DNA of 64,000 nt from the NCBI GenBank assembly GCA_038874595.1, contig JAVZCB010000005.1, positions 1 to 64,000 of the forward strand, read 5' to 3'. The notes beneath the pieces were generated by a model. It was not told where the DNA came from, searched no databases, and saw nothing but the letters and a program-made list of their open reading frames with translations. A program made the position numbers and the translations under genes. Every line of letters starts with the position of its first letter. Positions within the stretch are counted from its first letter, which is position 1. The DNA comes from Candidatus Micrarchaeia archaeon. Its GTDB lineage: Archaea > Micrarchaeota > Micrarchaeia > CAILAH01. Below, in pieces: positions 1 through 8,469 of this stretch.

Positions 1-2335
1 AATCAAATCCAACAAGTATTATCTCTTCTTGCCCAACACGCGGGTTTCTTGCCAAACGCACCCAACTGTATTGTATATCTGTTGCGTGGCCAGTGTCATC
101 AATGTACTGTTCAGTTGTGGTTGCAAAGCTTGAAGATGATGCAGGTAACACCCTATACGCAAGGTCCCTTGTCGTAACCGCACTTAAAACACCGTAAACG
201 ACAACCGCATCACCAGTTGCAGTTTCAAACCCAACATCAAACCTTCTTTGTGCTGCCGCTGTCGTCCATACCTGGCCTATGTTATTTGTAACCTGCCAAT
301 TTGCCACGTTTGTGCAGTTGCCCATACATACGTAACCATCCAAATATCCATCATCGCTTAGAGTTACGAGGACAATTTTGCTAGAAATAGGCGACCACTT
401 CACAACAGCCCACCGTACAGGTGACCCTGCGGTTGGAAGTTGAATCTCAGGGCCCCAACTGCCTTCACCGGTAGAATTCCAGAACCGTATCTTTGGAAAA
501 TTGAGGCCGCTGCCTGTATTCGACCTGTAAGCGATTATTGCATTGTAAACGCTGTTATACTCTTGTGCCGAATATGAATATGTATAATTACCAGGTTGCG
601 TCTGGTTAACGGTCTGGTTTGTTGGCTCACCTGTATAAATGCCCATCAACGCGTTATACACATCTATGCGTGTATATGTGTTTCCGCTGTGCTCAACAAA
701 CGTGCCTGACGTCTTGAGCAGGCGCTCCGCATCGGCGGGCAAAACTGAAGAGTTGTAAGAATAAAGAAGTGCATATGATGCGCTCACCATTGCTGCTGAA
801 ATAGAAGTCCCTGAATATGACCGGTCGCTTATGATTATGCCTTCACCAGGGGCAAGGAGGTCAACCATACCGTTTATATTTGAGAAGGATGCAACAGTGT
901 CATCTTTTGTTGTTGCTGCAACAGCGGTCACATTCCTGCCACAGGCCGGCGCGGTTATATAGGCCGCACCATCATTGCCTGAGGATGCAACAACTGATAT
1001 TCCTGTGCTGTATGCACCATCAGCAGCCATAACAACTGGGTCGAACTCACAGTAGCCCGTAAACTGGCCACCTCCAAAACTCATTGAAATAACCCTGATG
1101 TTGTGCTCGCTCGCATGCTCCATACAATAGGATATTCCCTGTATTATGGCTGATGAATATCCTGTGCCTGAGGAATCCAGCACCTTTACAGGGATTATTT
1201 TTGCATCGGGAGCAATTGCGTTTATCACTTTTGCCATTCGTGTACCGTGACCGTTATCATCACTCGGGTCTGAATCCCCATTTACAAAATCATACCCTTC
1301 AAACACATTATCTGCTTCGCTTGGATTAACACCTGTATCAAGCAGGCAAATAGCAATCCCTTCGCCAGTTACACCCATATCTGTATGTGCAATTTCCGCA
1401 CCTATCAGATAGGCCGAATCTTCAAGCGAGATTGACATTGGAATGTCTTTATATACCTCTTCTATAATGCCAGAGCTGACCAGTGATAAGAGCGTTTCGT
1501 TATCCAATTCAGTGAATCCAAACTGTACACTGCCAACCTGGACGGCATTGTGTTTGAGCGGGATATTTTTTGGACGTGCACTGGGCGAATACCTGACTAT
1601 AACCTTCTCCTTGCCGCCTTTGGCATATATAACATCGTATAACTCCCGTGAGATTTTTACACCTTTGCCTTCCTTATAAATATCACGCCTTGATAACCTG
1701 ACTGTATCACCATCCGCGCTTTCTACAATTATGCTGCCGGCATTAACCAACTCATCTACGTTCTTAACCACATCTTCAGAACCAACCACGGGGATAGGAA
1801 CCTCCTCTTCTTTTGAGTAGTCATCTGCGTTCACAAAACCATCAGGACTATCCTGCATATTGCCGGCTTCACTTGTGACAGTAATATCTTGCATGTTACT
1901 GCCAACCTGATTTGTGACATTAAGAGATTCATTAGCAGCATTTGTACTGTTGAGCGAAAGTATCTTCCCTGATGTGGCGTTTAGATATTCATCAACATTT
2001 ACAAACATGTCCTCGTCTAGGATTATGTGTACATTACTGTTAGGGCCAGCTATTTCTTCTTTATCATTATCCACGTTTCCCTCTTGCCTTATATAATTGT
2101 CAACATCAATGAAAAGCGTGCTCTGGGAGCCACTACTGTTGGAAGAGTATGAGAAATTGCAATAGCCTGAATAATCACATTCATTATTTATGCTATGGCT
2201 TGCGGATTCCTGCTGGGATGTATCCTGCAATAGCGTACCATTAATCCCAATTTCTAGTAGTATAAGCACGAATAAAAGCAAAGGTAGCATTACAAATGCT
2301 GCTACCGCACCCCTCCCGGGGGACCCCTTCTGCAT
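1..2335 (-). CDS. Secreted S8 (subtilisin-like) serine protease with long C-terminal extension; 3' end runs off the window; absent from ORF track
   Basis: Manual translation from ATG at 2335: hydrophobic N-terminus (MQKGSPGRGAVAAFVMLPLLLFVLILL), acidic spacer, propeptide-like segment, then catalytic motifs LLDTGV, NGHGT, oxyanion ASSGN and SGTSISAAMVSA. No stop found before position 1. Confidence 0.9.
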   Translation of the reverse strand, partial: MQKGSPGRGAVAAFVMLPLLLFVLILLEIGINGTLLQDTSQQESASHSINNECDYSGYCNFSYSSNSSGSQSTLFIDVDNYIRQEGNVDNDKEEIAGPNSNVHIILDEDMFVNVDEYLNATSGKILSLNSTNAANESLNVTNQVGSNMQDITVTSEAGNMQDSPDGFVNADDYSKEEEVPIPVVGSEDVVKNVDELVNAGSIIVESADGDTVRLSRRDIYKEGKGVKISRELYDVIYAKGGKEKVIVRYSPSARPKNIPLKHNAVQVGSVQFGFTELDNETLLSLVSSGIIEEVYKDIPMSISLEDSAYLIGAEIAHTDMGVTGEGIAICLLDTGVNPSEADNVFEGYDFVNGDSDPSDDNGHGTRMAKVINAIAPDAKIIPVKVLDSSGTGYSSAIIQGISYCMEHASEHNIRVISMSFGGGQFTGYCEFDPVVMAADGAYSTGISVVASSGNDGAAYITAPACGRNVTAVAATTKDDTVASFSNINGMVDLLAPGEGIIISDRSYSGTSISAAMVSASYALLYSYNSSVLPADAERLLKTSGTFVEHSGNTYTRIDVYNALMGIYTGEPTNQTVNQTQPGNYTYSYSAQEYNSVYNAIIAYRSNTGSGLNFPKIRFWNSTGEGSWGPEIQLPTAGSPVRWAVVKWSPISSKIVLVTLSDDGYLDGYVCMGNCTNVANWQVTNNIGQVWTTAAAQRRFDVGFETATGDAVVVYGVLSAVTTRDLAYRVLPASSSSFATTTEQYIDDTGHATDIQYSWVRLARNPRVGQEEIILVGFD

Positions 2336-2386
2336 GTGCAATAATCAGCTATAAAGCTCTTAAACATTATATGCAATTGTATTACA

Positions 2387-4465
2387 ATGTATAATTATGC
2401 CAAAAGCGCATTTGCATTACTTATACTTATAAGCCTGGTACACTGCATAGATACACCTGGTGGCAACGTTACAAACCTTGAGCTTAGCAGGTTTTCAAAC
2501 TCAACAAGGTGGGACGGCGTATACGGTGAAGTAATCCTCGGTGCAGGCACCAATTATACGTATACCGTCACTGGAAATAAAGTCGCTCGGCTTAATATAA
2601 TTGCGCAGGACCCACCTTGCACATATGTATCCTTATCAATCCACATAATCGCATACAATGCGAGTTCTATTACACTTCCACTAACGCCCGGTAACATTGC
2701 CAAACTTGATACGTTCATAGGAAACCAAACAGAAAATGCAACACTCACCTTCAAAAACACTTCCAATTTTACGCTGAGCACTGGAACATATATCGGTGTC
2801 CCAACAACATATACTTATGCAAATAGTACTTCCTCTTCAGATTTCAGGATGGGTTATCTGAACGATGCTGCAGGGAATCTCGTATTTATAACCAAAGTTG
2901 TAAGCAACAAGCCAGACTGGAACGGCTCAACAAGCGATTACCAGATAATGCTGCCGCGCAGCACCGGTCCAACCGGATACAACATTACAGCTGATGTGAT
3001 ATACACGTGCCAGCCAACCCCGGGGCCTGGCCCTTCCGGTGGCGGTGACGTGCACCGGCTTTACATATATCCTATAAACACCGTGCAGTCAAAGAAAAGT
3101 GTGCCTTTCCAGCTCAATGCAATTGTAAAAAATACCGGGGGGTTCAACGAGAAAGATATAAGTGTGTTTGTTGAGATGTGCCCGGTTGGCTTTTCGTGTG
3201 GGCAGGCACTGTTGCCTGAACTTAACAAGGGCAAAAGCAATAATGTTACTATCCAGCTTACAGCGGAAGCGGCCGGAGAATACGTGTTAAGCATATGTGC
3301 AAAAAGCGCATATACTAAATACTGTAGAGAGGTTATCGTAATAATTCTTCCTGAATGCTCTGCTGATTTTGAGTGTGACACCCAGGAATATTGCAGTGCC
3401 GGAGTATGCCTGCCAAAAAAGCCCGTGAAGGAAAAATGCACTGCTGGGAATGAGTGCAAGAGCAACCTATGCATTGGTGGCTATTGCGCTGAATGTGAGA
3501 GTAACAGTGATTGCCCGGCTAATGAGCAATGCTCTGCCGGGGTATGCTCAAAAATACCGTGCAGTTGCGGGACCATCAAGAACCACGAGTGTGTGCAGTA
3601 TGAATGTTGTGAAGACTCAATGTGCAGCGGAGAGAAGGTATGCGTTGCGAGCAAATGCGTTGAAAAGGAAATTATACTCCTTTTAGTAAAAGGTGAACTG
3701 ATAGAGGGGCAGGATGTTTTGGTTCGCGTTGAAAATAATAAGGGTGAGCCGGTACCTTTTGCAGTTATAACCACTGAAGACGGGCAGGTGCGAACTGCTG
3801 ATGAGAACGGCTATTCGACAGTGCGTGTGCCGTATGATGGGTTGATACGTGCAACTGCAGAAGGATATCCACAAGCAGGCATACTGCTTGATGTAACAAG
3901 GCTTGGCTTTATCACCGTTGAAGGCACCGTTTATGCAGGCATACCTGCAAAAATTACAATTAAGGATTCCAAAGGGAAGCCGCTTGCAAATGCAATCATA
4001 AGAGTTAATGGAAAGGAGTACATAACAAATGCAAAGGGTGAAGTATGGATTGTTTTTGACTCGGCTGGTAGGTTCGTGCTCAGTGGTGTGAAAGATAAAT
4101 ATCTTATTGCCAATGCGGAAATCAACGTTGTTGAAGCGGGGAAAGGCGCGTGTGGGTTCCCTATCATTTTAAGCGTGCTTTGGTTCCTTCCAAAAGATAT
4201 ATGGGTACTGTGGATTATCTCAACATTTGTGGCATTCATAAACATCGCGATATATGTCCAGAGAAAAAGGGAGGGCAGGAAACTCAGGGCAATAATTTAT
4301 TTCCTGCTCCCACTCGCGCTTGCGATCCCTGATGTTTATGTATTCAGCATCTGCTTTATGTCCAACATTGTAATCCTGCAATTCGCAATTGAGCTTCTCA
4401 TAATACTGAGAAACAGGCTTGTGCACCATCATAAAAGTAATGCAAGGAACAAGAATAAAGGATAA
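2387..4465 (+). CDS. Membrane-anchored surface protein: signal peptide, GGN-W family domain, Pro/Gly linker, Ig/CARDB-like domain, Cys-rich repeats, beta-rich domains, about 3 C-terminal TM helices
   Basis: 692 aa. GGNVTNLELS...RWDGVYG and YQIMLP align with 6353-7027. PTPGPGPSGGG linker, CxxxxxC repeats, hydrophobic C-terminal segments and a basic tail. Confidence 0.8.
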   Translation: MYNYAKSAFALLILISLVHCIDTPGGNVTNLELSRFSNSTRWDGVYGEVILGAGTNYTYTVTGNKVARLNIIAQDPPCTYVSLSIHIIAYNASSITLPLTPGNIAKLDTFIGNQTENATLTFKNTSNFTLSTGTYIGVPTTYTYANSTSSSDFRMGYLNDAAGNLVFITKVVSNKPDWNGSTSDYQIMLPRSTGPTGYNITADVIYTCQPTPGPGPSGGGDVHRLYIYPINTVQSKKSVPFQLNAIVKNTGGFNEKDISVFVEMCPVGFSCGQALLPELNKGKSNNVTIQLTAEAAGEYVLSICAKSAYTKYCREVIVIILPECSADFECDTQEYCSAGVCLPKKPVKEKCTAGNECKSNLCIGGYCAECESNSDCPANEQCSAGVCSKIPCSCGTIKNHECVQYECCEDSMCSGEKVCVASKCVEKEIILLLVKGELIEGQDVLVRVENNKGEPVPFAVITTEDGQVRTADENGYSTVRVPYDGLIRATAEGYPQAGILLDVTRLGFITVEGTVYAGIPAKITIKDSKGKPLANAIIRVNGKEYITNAKGEVWIVFDSAGRFVLSGVKDKYLIANAEINVVEAGKGACGFPIILSVLWFLPKDIWVLWIISTFVAFINIAIYVQRKREGRKLRAIIYFLLPLALAIPDVYVFSICFMSNIVILQFAIELLIILRNRLVHHHKSNARNKNKG
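3353..3663 (+). repeat. Cys-rich protein-level repeats (about 5 units) in the anchor protein
   Basis: ECSADFECDTQEYCSAGVC, KCTAGNECKSNLCIGGYC, ECESNSDCPANEQCSAGVC, PCSCGTIKNHEC, ECCEDSMCSGEKVCVASKC. Confidence 0.85.
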
Positions 4466-4533
4466 GAGATGAGAACCACAAACCCAAGCAATGTGCTTTG
4501 CTTGAAAAAAGCCAATAAAAAAGAGTAAAATAA

Positions 4534-6240
4534 CTAGTTCTTTCTTGAGGCCTTCGGAGGCACCGTTGTGCTGTGCTGCTTGCCCCCCTTAATCTTATCA
4601 AAGAGAAGGTATACAACTAAAATCACAAGTAGCACGATCACACCAAACAGGATAGCATTCATATCTATGCCTGGTGTGCCTGCCGCGGGCACATACTCCT
4701 TTTCAACCCTCTTATTAAGGAACGCTTCACGTGCACCGTAGTTTGCACCACCGATTATGCGAACACCATCATTTACAAGGCCTGGGAATTTCACCATCTC
4801 GCCCTTTCCTGGCTGGAGTGCATATACAGTATCACTACGGATTTTTGTGCTCATAGCTCCATTTATCACAGTCGCATCAGGCCTGAAATAAAGTGGTATG
4901 TTACCGGTATTTGTGTAAGTTATATACAGGTCGCCAGTATTCTTGTCAGCAGTAAACCCAGATATGTTGAGGCTTGACTTGTCAGTGAACTCAACCCTGC
5001 CGACTGGCAACCCCATCATAAACCCTGCCTCGGCAGCACGCTTTGATGAGCCGTAAAGCACTGTTATGTTAGTGAACAGGTCACCACTTTCAACATTTAC
5101 AGGATATGTGCGGCCGACTTTTTCACCTCTCCCAAGCGCAAAGAAATCATCATCACCAACGGTGGATACAAGATTGCCATCTATTAGAAGACGTATCTGC
5201 GATTTTGCGTATTCCAGCGCATTGCCTGTGTTAGCATATGTAACCTCAAGCTGTTTTGTAAGGGTATTATATTCTACCTTCTCTATTGTTAGCCCAAGTA
5301 CCGGCCCGGGAAGCGGGAAAAGCTCAACTTGCCTCATCCCACCTGCTGCAGATGTGCTCTCACCTATCTTGACAAAGGCATGCAGGGCGGTTACGCCCAA
5401 TTCGCTGTTTATTGAGGTCTTAAGGTTGTATATCGGCTGCGTATACTCATTATCAACTATGAGGAGGACTTTTATCTGGCCCTGTGCTGCCTTCTGTTTT
5501 ATGTAATCGTATACATAAGTTGGCGGGAGAGGGCTTACTAAAATTACTGGGTCGTCACCTTTTGCAATAGTATCCTCAAATGCGTTGCCATCTGAAACTA
5601 TCACCTGCCTCTTTGTGGGGTTTTTCTTGAAATACATTTCAACTATTTGGAGATTGTCATCAAACTTGTCACCGTTGTTTATCTCTGTGTATGAAATACC
5701 CTCATTTTCAAGGGCCTTCTTAGATTCTGCATCAATATACCCATAAAGCAAGACTTCGCGCGGGCTTTTTGATTTAAGGAAGCTTACCACTGAATCCAGA
5801 TTGCTCTTATCTATAAATATCAAATACATAGAATTTAACTTGGCATACGCAAGCGCAGAGACTGTATTATAGCCGTATACCGAATCAACAAGTATAAACT
5901 TACTGGCGCCGCTTTTACCTGCAAGGTAGAGATTTGTTTTATATGGGTCTTCAGATTCAAACAGCTCAACGCGATTGCCCATATTCTTAAGGTCGGCTGC
6001 CATCCCAGTTATAACCGGGCTTGACTTTGATTGTATAAGAAAGACGTTGCCGTTTGAGCCTATCTTGCTATATACGAGCCGCGCGTCATACATTGGGCGG
6101 ATAAACACTATGTTTTCCCCTCTAATCGCTGCATAGTATATGCCAGAAACAACGTCCCTGCCATCAAGAGAATTTACAACCACCGTGCTGTGCCCAAGCA
6201 TCATAAAGCAAAGCAAGAATATTAGGAAGCATCTGCGCAT
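4534..6240 (-). CDS. Secreted, C-terminally membrane-anchored protein: alpha/beta repeats (cell-wall-binding-2-like) followed by two Ig-like domains
   Basis: 568 aa. Signal peptide; repeated alpha/beta units (VVVNSLDGRDVVSGIYYAA, ILVDSVYGYNTVSALAYAK); two similar beta domains (VTYANTGN, ITYTNTGN); TM helix plus basic tail. The family call is by eye. Confidence 0.65.
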   Translation of the reverse strand: MRRCFLIFLLCFMMLGHSTVVVNSLDGRDVVSGIYYAAIRGENIVFIRPMYDARLVYSKIGSNGNVFLIQSKSSPVITGMAADLKNMGNRVELFESEDPYKTNLYLAGKSGASKFILVDSVYGYNTVSALAYAKLNSMYLIFIDKSNLDSVVSFLKSKSPREVLLYGYIDAESKKALENEGISYTEINNGDKFDDNLQIVEMYFKKNPTKRQVIVSDGNAFEDTIAKGDDPVILVSPLPPTYVYDYIKQKAAQGQIKVLLIVDNEYTQPIYNLKTSINSELGVTALHAFVKIGESTSAAGGMRQVELFPLPGPVLGLTIEKVEYNTLTKQLEVTYANTGNALEYAKSQIRLLIDGNLVSTVGDDDFFALGRGEKVGRTYPVNVESGDLFTNITVLYGSSKRAAEAGFMMGLPVGRVEFTDKSSLNISGFTADKNTGDLYITYTNTGNIPLYFRPDATVINGAMSTKIRSDTVYALQPGKGEMVKFPGLVNDGVRIIGGANYGAREAFLNKRVEKEYVPAAGTPGIDMNAILFGVIVLLVILVVYLLFDKIKGGKQHSTTVPPKASRKN

Positions 6241-6295
6241 GCTATTAAATTACAATACAAACTTTAAAAAAAGCGGATAGGTATGCTCAACGTAA

Positions 6296-6352
6296 GGGAA
6301 CATTATATTTATAAGTGTTTACGATGATGTATGCGTATCTAAAGGTGGTTAG
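6296..6352 (+). promoter_or_regulatory. Putative TATA box and SD for 6353-7027, in a divergent intergenic region shared with 4534-6240
   Basis: TTTATAAG at 6308-6315; AGGTGG ending 4 nt before the ATG at 6353. Confidence 0.55.
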
Positions 6353-7027
6353 ATGAAGAAGGTGCATATAATATTAGCCCTCATACTAATGCTTGGTATA
6401 GGGCTTTTGGCGGCAATACAGCCGGCAAACGGGTGGAATGTTATTTCAACAGGTAGATATGCTACCCCTACTGTACAGGCAAACCACACAACACAGGGTG
6501 GAAACGTTACCAATATGGACTTGAGCCAGAATAGGTCAACCACAAAGTGGGCTGGCTACTGGGGTAACGTGAGTGGAATAATATTCCTCAGCCCGGCAAC
6601 TGCTGTGTTTTACAAATGGGTGTGGGCACCTGCAAACGGTGGTGTAGTATGCGCTGTTGCTGCACCAAGCGGATTTGACTGGAGCGGAGTACAAAGTGTT
6701 GTTGCAAGTGCAATTGATACAATATGGAATTTTGGAACTGCAACAGACAATGCTGCAAACACACTGACCCAGGCAACATGCAACGTCAATATTGGCGGCA
6801 CGAGCGTAACCTCAATCGGTAACAGGACAGGTGTTGGCGGGTTTGAAACTTGTGCGGTTGCAGATAATGCGGCACCGGCTGCAAAGAGTGACCTTGCATT
6901 CTGTGTTAATGTAAGTGGTGCTGGCAACCTGTTCAACGGCCAGACCGGTAACTATGAGCTGCTCGTCCCAACCAACAAGACGATAGGTGCAACTGAGACC
7001 TACTACTTCTGGATGGAGATGAGATAA
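6353..7027 (+). CDS. Small secreted stand-alone GGN-W family domain protein; candidate major filament subunit
   Basis: 224 aa. Signal peptide; Ala/Thr/Gly/Asn-rich and beta-strand-like; 4 Cys conserved in the two C-terminal-domain paralogues; ends ETYYFWMEMR; no TM anchor. Confidence 0.8.
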   Translation: MKKVHIILALILMLGIGLLAAIQPANGWNVISTGRYATPTVQANHTTQGGNVTNMDLSQNRSTTKWAGYWGNVSGIIFLSPATAVFYKWVWAPANGGVVCAVAAPSGFDWSGVQSVVASAIDTIWNFGTATDNAANTLTQATCNVNIGGTSVTSIGNRTGVGGFETCAVADNAAPAAKSDLAFCVNVSGAGNLFNGQTGNYELLVPTNKTIGATETYYFWMEMR

Positions 7028-7037
7028 AAAAGAAGAT

Positions 7038-7070
7038 TTAATTTTTCTTTTTCTGCTTTTGGTTTTGCAA
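7038..7070 (+). terminator. T-rich archaeal-type terminator after 6353-7027
   Basis: ttaatttttctttttctgcttttggttttg between convergent genes. Confidence 0.45.
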
Positions 7071-7071
7071 T

Positions 7072-7656
7072 TCAATACGATGCCCTTTTCTCAACTGCCT
7101 CCCAGTCAACTGCACCCATAAATGCATTAATGTAGTCTGCTTTTTTCAGACCATAGTCAAGCATATATGCGTGCTCAAATACGTCCATTACCAGTAATGG
7201 GGTGCACCCTGTGAAATGGCCTACATCGTGCTCGTTTATCCATACATTAAAAAGGCGCCCGCTTGATTTATCATAGTAGAGAATAACCCATCCAATGCCG
7301 CGCATTGTGCCCATTGCACGAAAATCCTTCTCCCATAATTCATAAGAGCCCCATTCCTTCTCAATAAGCTGGCGTAATTTGCTGGTGCTATTGAGTGGCC
7401 TGCCACCCTTTATCATATTGCCAAAATAAAGCTCGTGCAACCGCATACCGTTAAACTCCCACCCCAATCTCCTATTAAGCTCGCTGTAATCTGGAGTGCC
7501 AAATTTTCCTTCCTTTTCCATTTGCATTATGCTCTGGTCCAGCTTGTTGAAGTTTGCAACATACCCCTCATACAACTTAAAATGGTTTTCAAGGAGCGCA
7601 TTGCTGAATCCAGAAGTGCCTAAAAGTGCCCGGAAATCTTTCTGCTTATATGCCAT
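7072..7656 (-). CDS. sod: Fe/Mn superoxide dismutase
   Basis: ENHFKLYEGYV, LHELYF and DVFEHAY metal-ligand motifs; 194 aa. Confidence 0.92.
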   Translation of the reverse strand: MAYKQKDFRALLGTSGFSNALLENHFKLYEGYVANFNKLDQSIMQMEKEGKFGTPDYSELNRRLGWEFNGMRLHELYFGNMIKGGRPLNSTSKLRQLIEKEWGSYELWEKDFRAMGTMRGIGWVILYYDKSSGRLFNVWINEHDVGHFTGCTPLLVMDVFEHAYMLDYGLKKADYINAFMGAVDWEAVEKRASY

Positions 7657-7725
7657 AGATTATTTTGAGGAAAAAAGCTTTTTATACGCTACACACTTAC
7701 GATGAGTAGGTTCAAAATAAGTACG

Positions 7726-8402
7726 CTATGGCACCTGTTTCTCCTTTGTCGTTATCTTGCAAGTAGATGCCGGATAGATTTCAAATAAGTGCACTATGAT
7801 TCCGTGGACGGTTGCCAATCGGGAAGTACAAGGCCGAAATAATGTATTCCAGATATGTGCACTGTGATTCCAGGTTTTTTCATCAAGAGGAATCGTAACG
7901 TTTCTATGAGCTTTGGTTCTTTTCATCAAGAGGAATCGTAACGTTTCTATGGGCCTTGGTAAGAATGCCTGTGTATTTGGATACTGGTGAGCACAAACAA
8001 TCAAGAGAAATCGTAACGTTTCTATGAGCTTTGGTTCTTTTCATCAAGAGGAATCGTGACCTTTTTTACAAAAAGTATAAGCCGTACTGTATCAGTAAGG
8101 CCGTCTTTGCTTACAGTATGCTCTGCCACAATCCTTCCAAGGCGCGAAACTGATGGCTCATACTCAAAATTCATATTGAAGCCTTGGCACGACAGCGCCT
8201 CCACATACTTTTGGGATTCGCACCAGCCGAGCTTCTTGCAGAGATCATCAACCTGCAGATACTTGTCATAATTGCTTGCCTTATCATATGCAATGTCCTC
8301 TTCCTTATCCCCACACTTCCTCTTTGTTTCTATCAGGTTGCCACAAACCTTCCCGAATATTCTCATCCTTGCCTGTTTCATTGATAAAATTATGGAAGGC
8401 AA
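7726..8402 (-). pseudogene. Orphan gene apparently split by a repeat expansion (ORFs 8022-8402 and 7726-8004)
   Basis: Both ORFs contain VTIPLDEK, encoded by the outer repeat copies. Removing the 161 bp between them gives one 171-aa frame. Confidence 0.5.
7877..8060. repeat. 43-bp direct repeats: two tandem pairs separated by a ~40-bp unique segment
   Basis: Unit ttttcatcaagaggaatcgtaacgtttctatgagctttggttc. The 'catcaagag' anchor lies at 7881, 7924, ~7999 (variant) and 8042 (partial copy). Confidence 0.95.
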
Positions 8403-8469
8403 TTATCTAAAACTTATTGCGTTTTATGACCAAAACCTATATTAATAAACTAGATGCTAATTGAAAATA

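Noticed and set aside
1443-2096. Plus-strand ORFs 1443-1679 and 1914-2096
   Set aside because: Antisense shadows of the subtilase gene.
6353-7027. Type IV pilin or archaellin
   Set aside because: The N-terminus looks like a class I signal peptide, with no class III cleavage motif or retained hydrophobic helix, and no assembly ATPase nearby.
7877-8060. CRISPR mini-array
   Set aside because: Copies are directly tandem with only one unique segment, lie within coding frames, and no cas genes are in the window.
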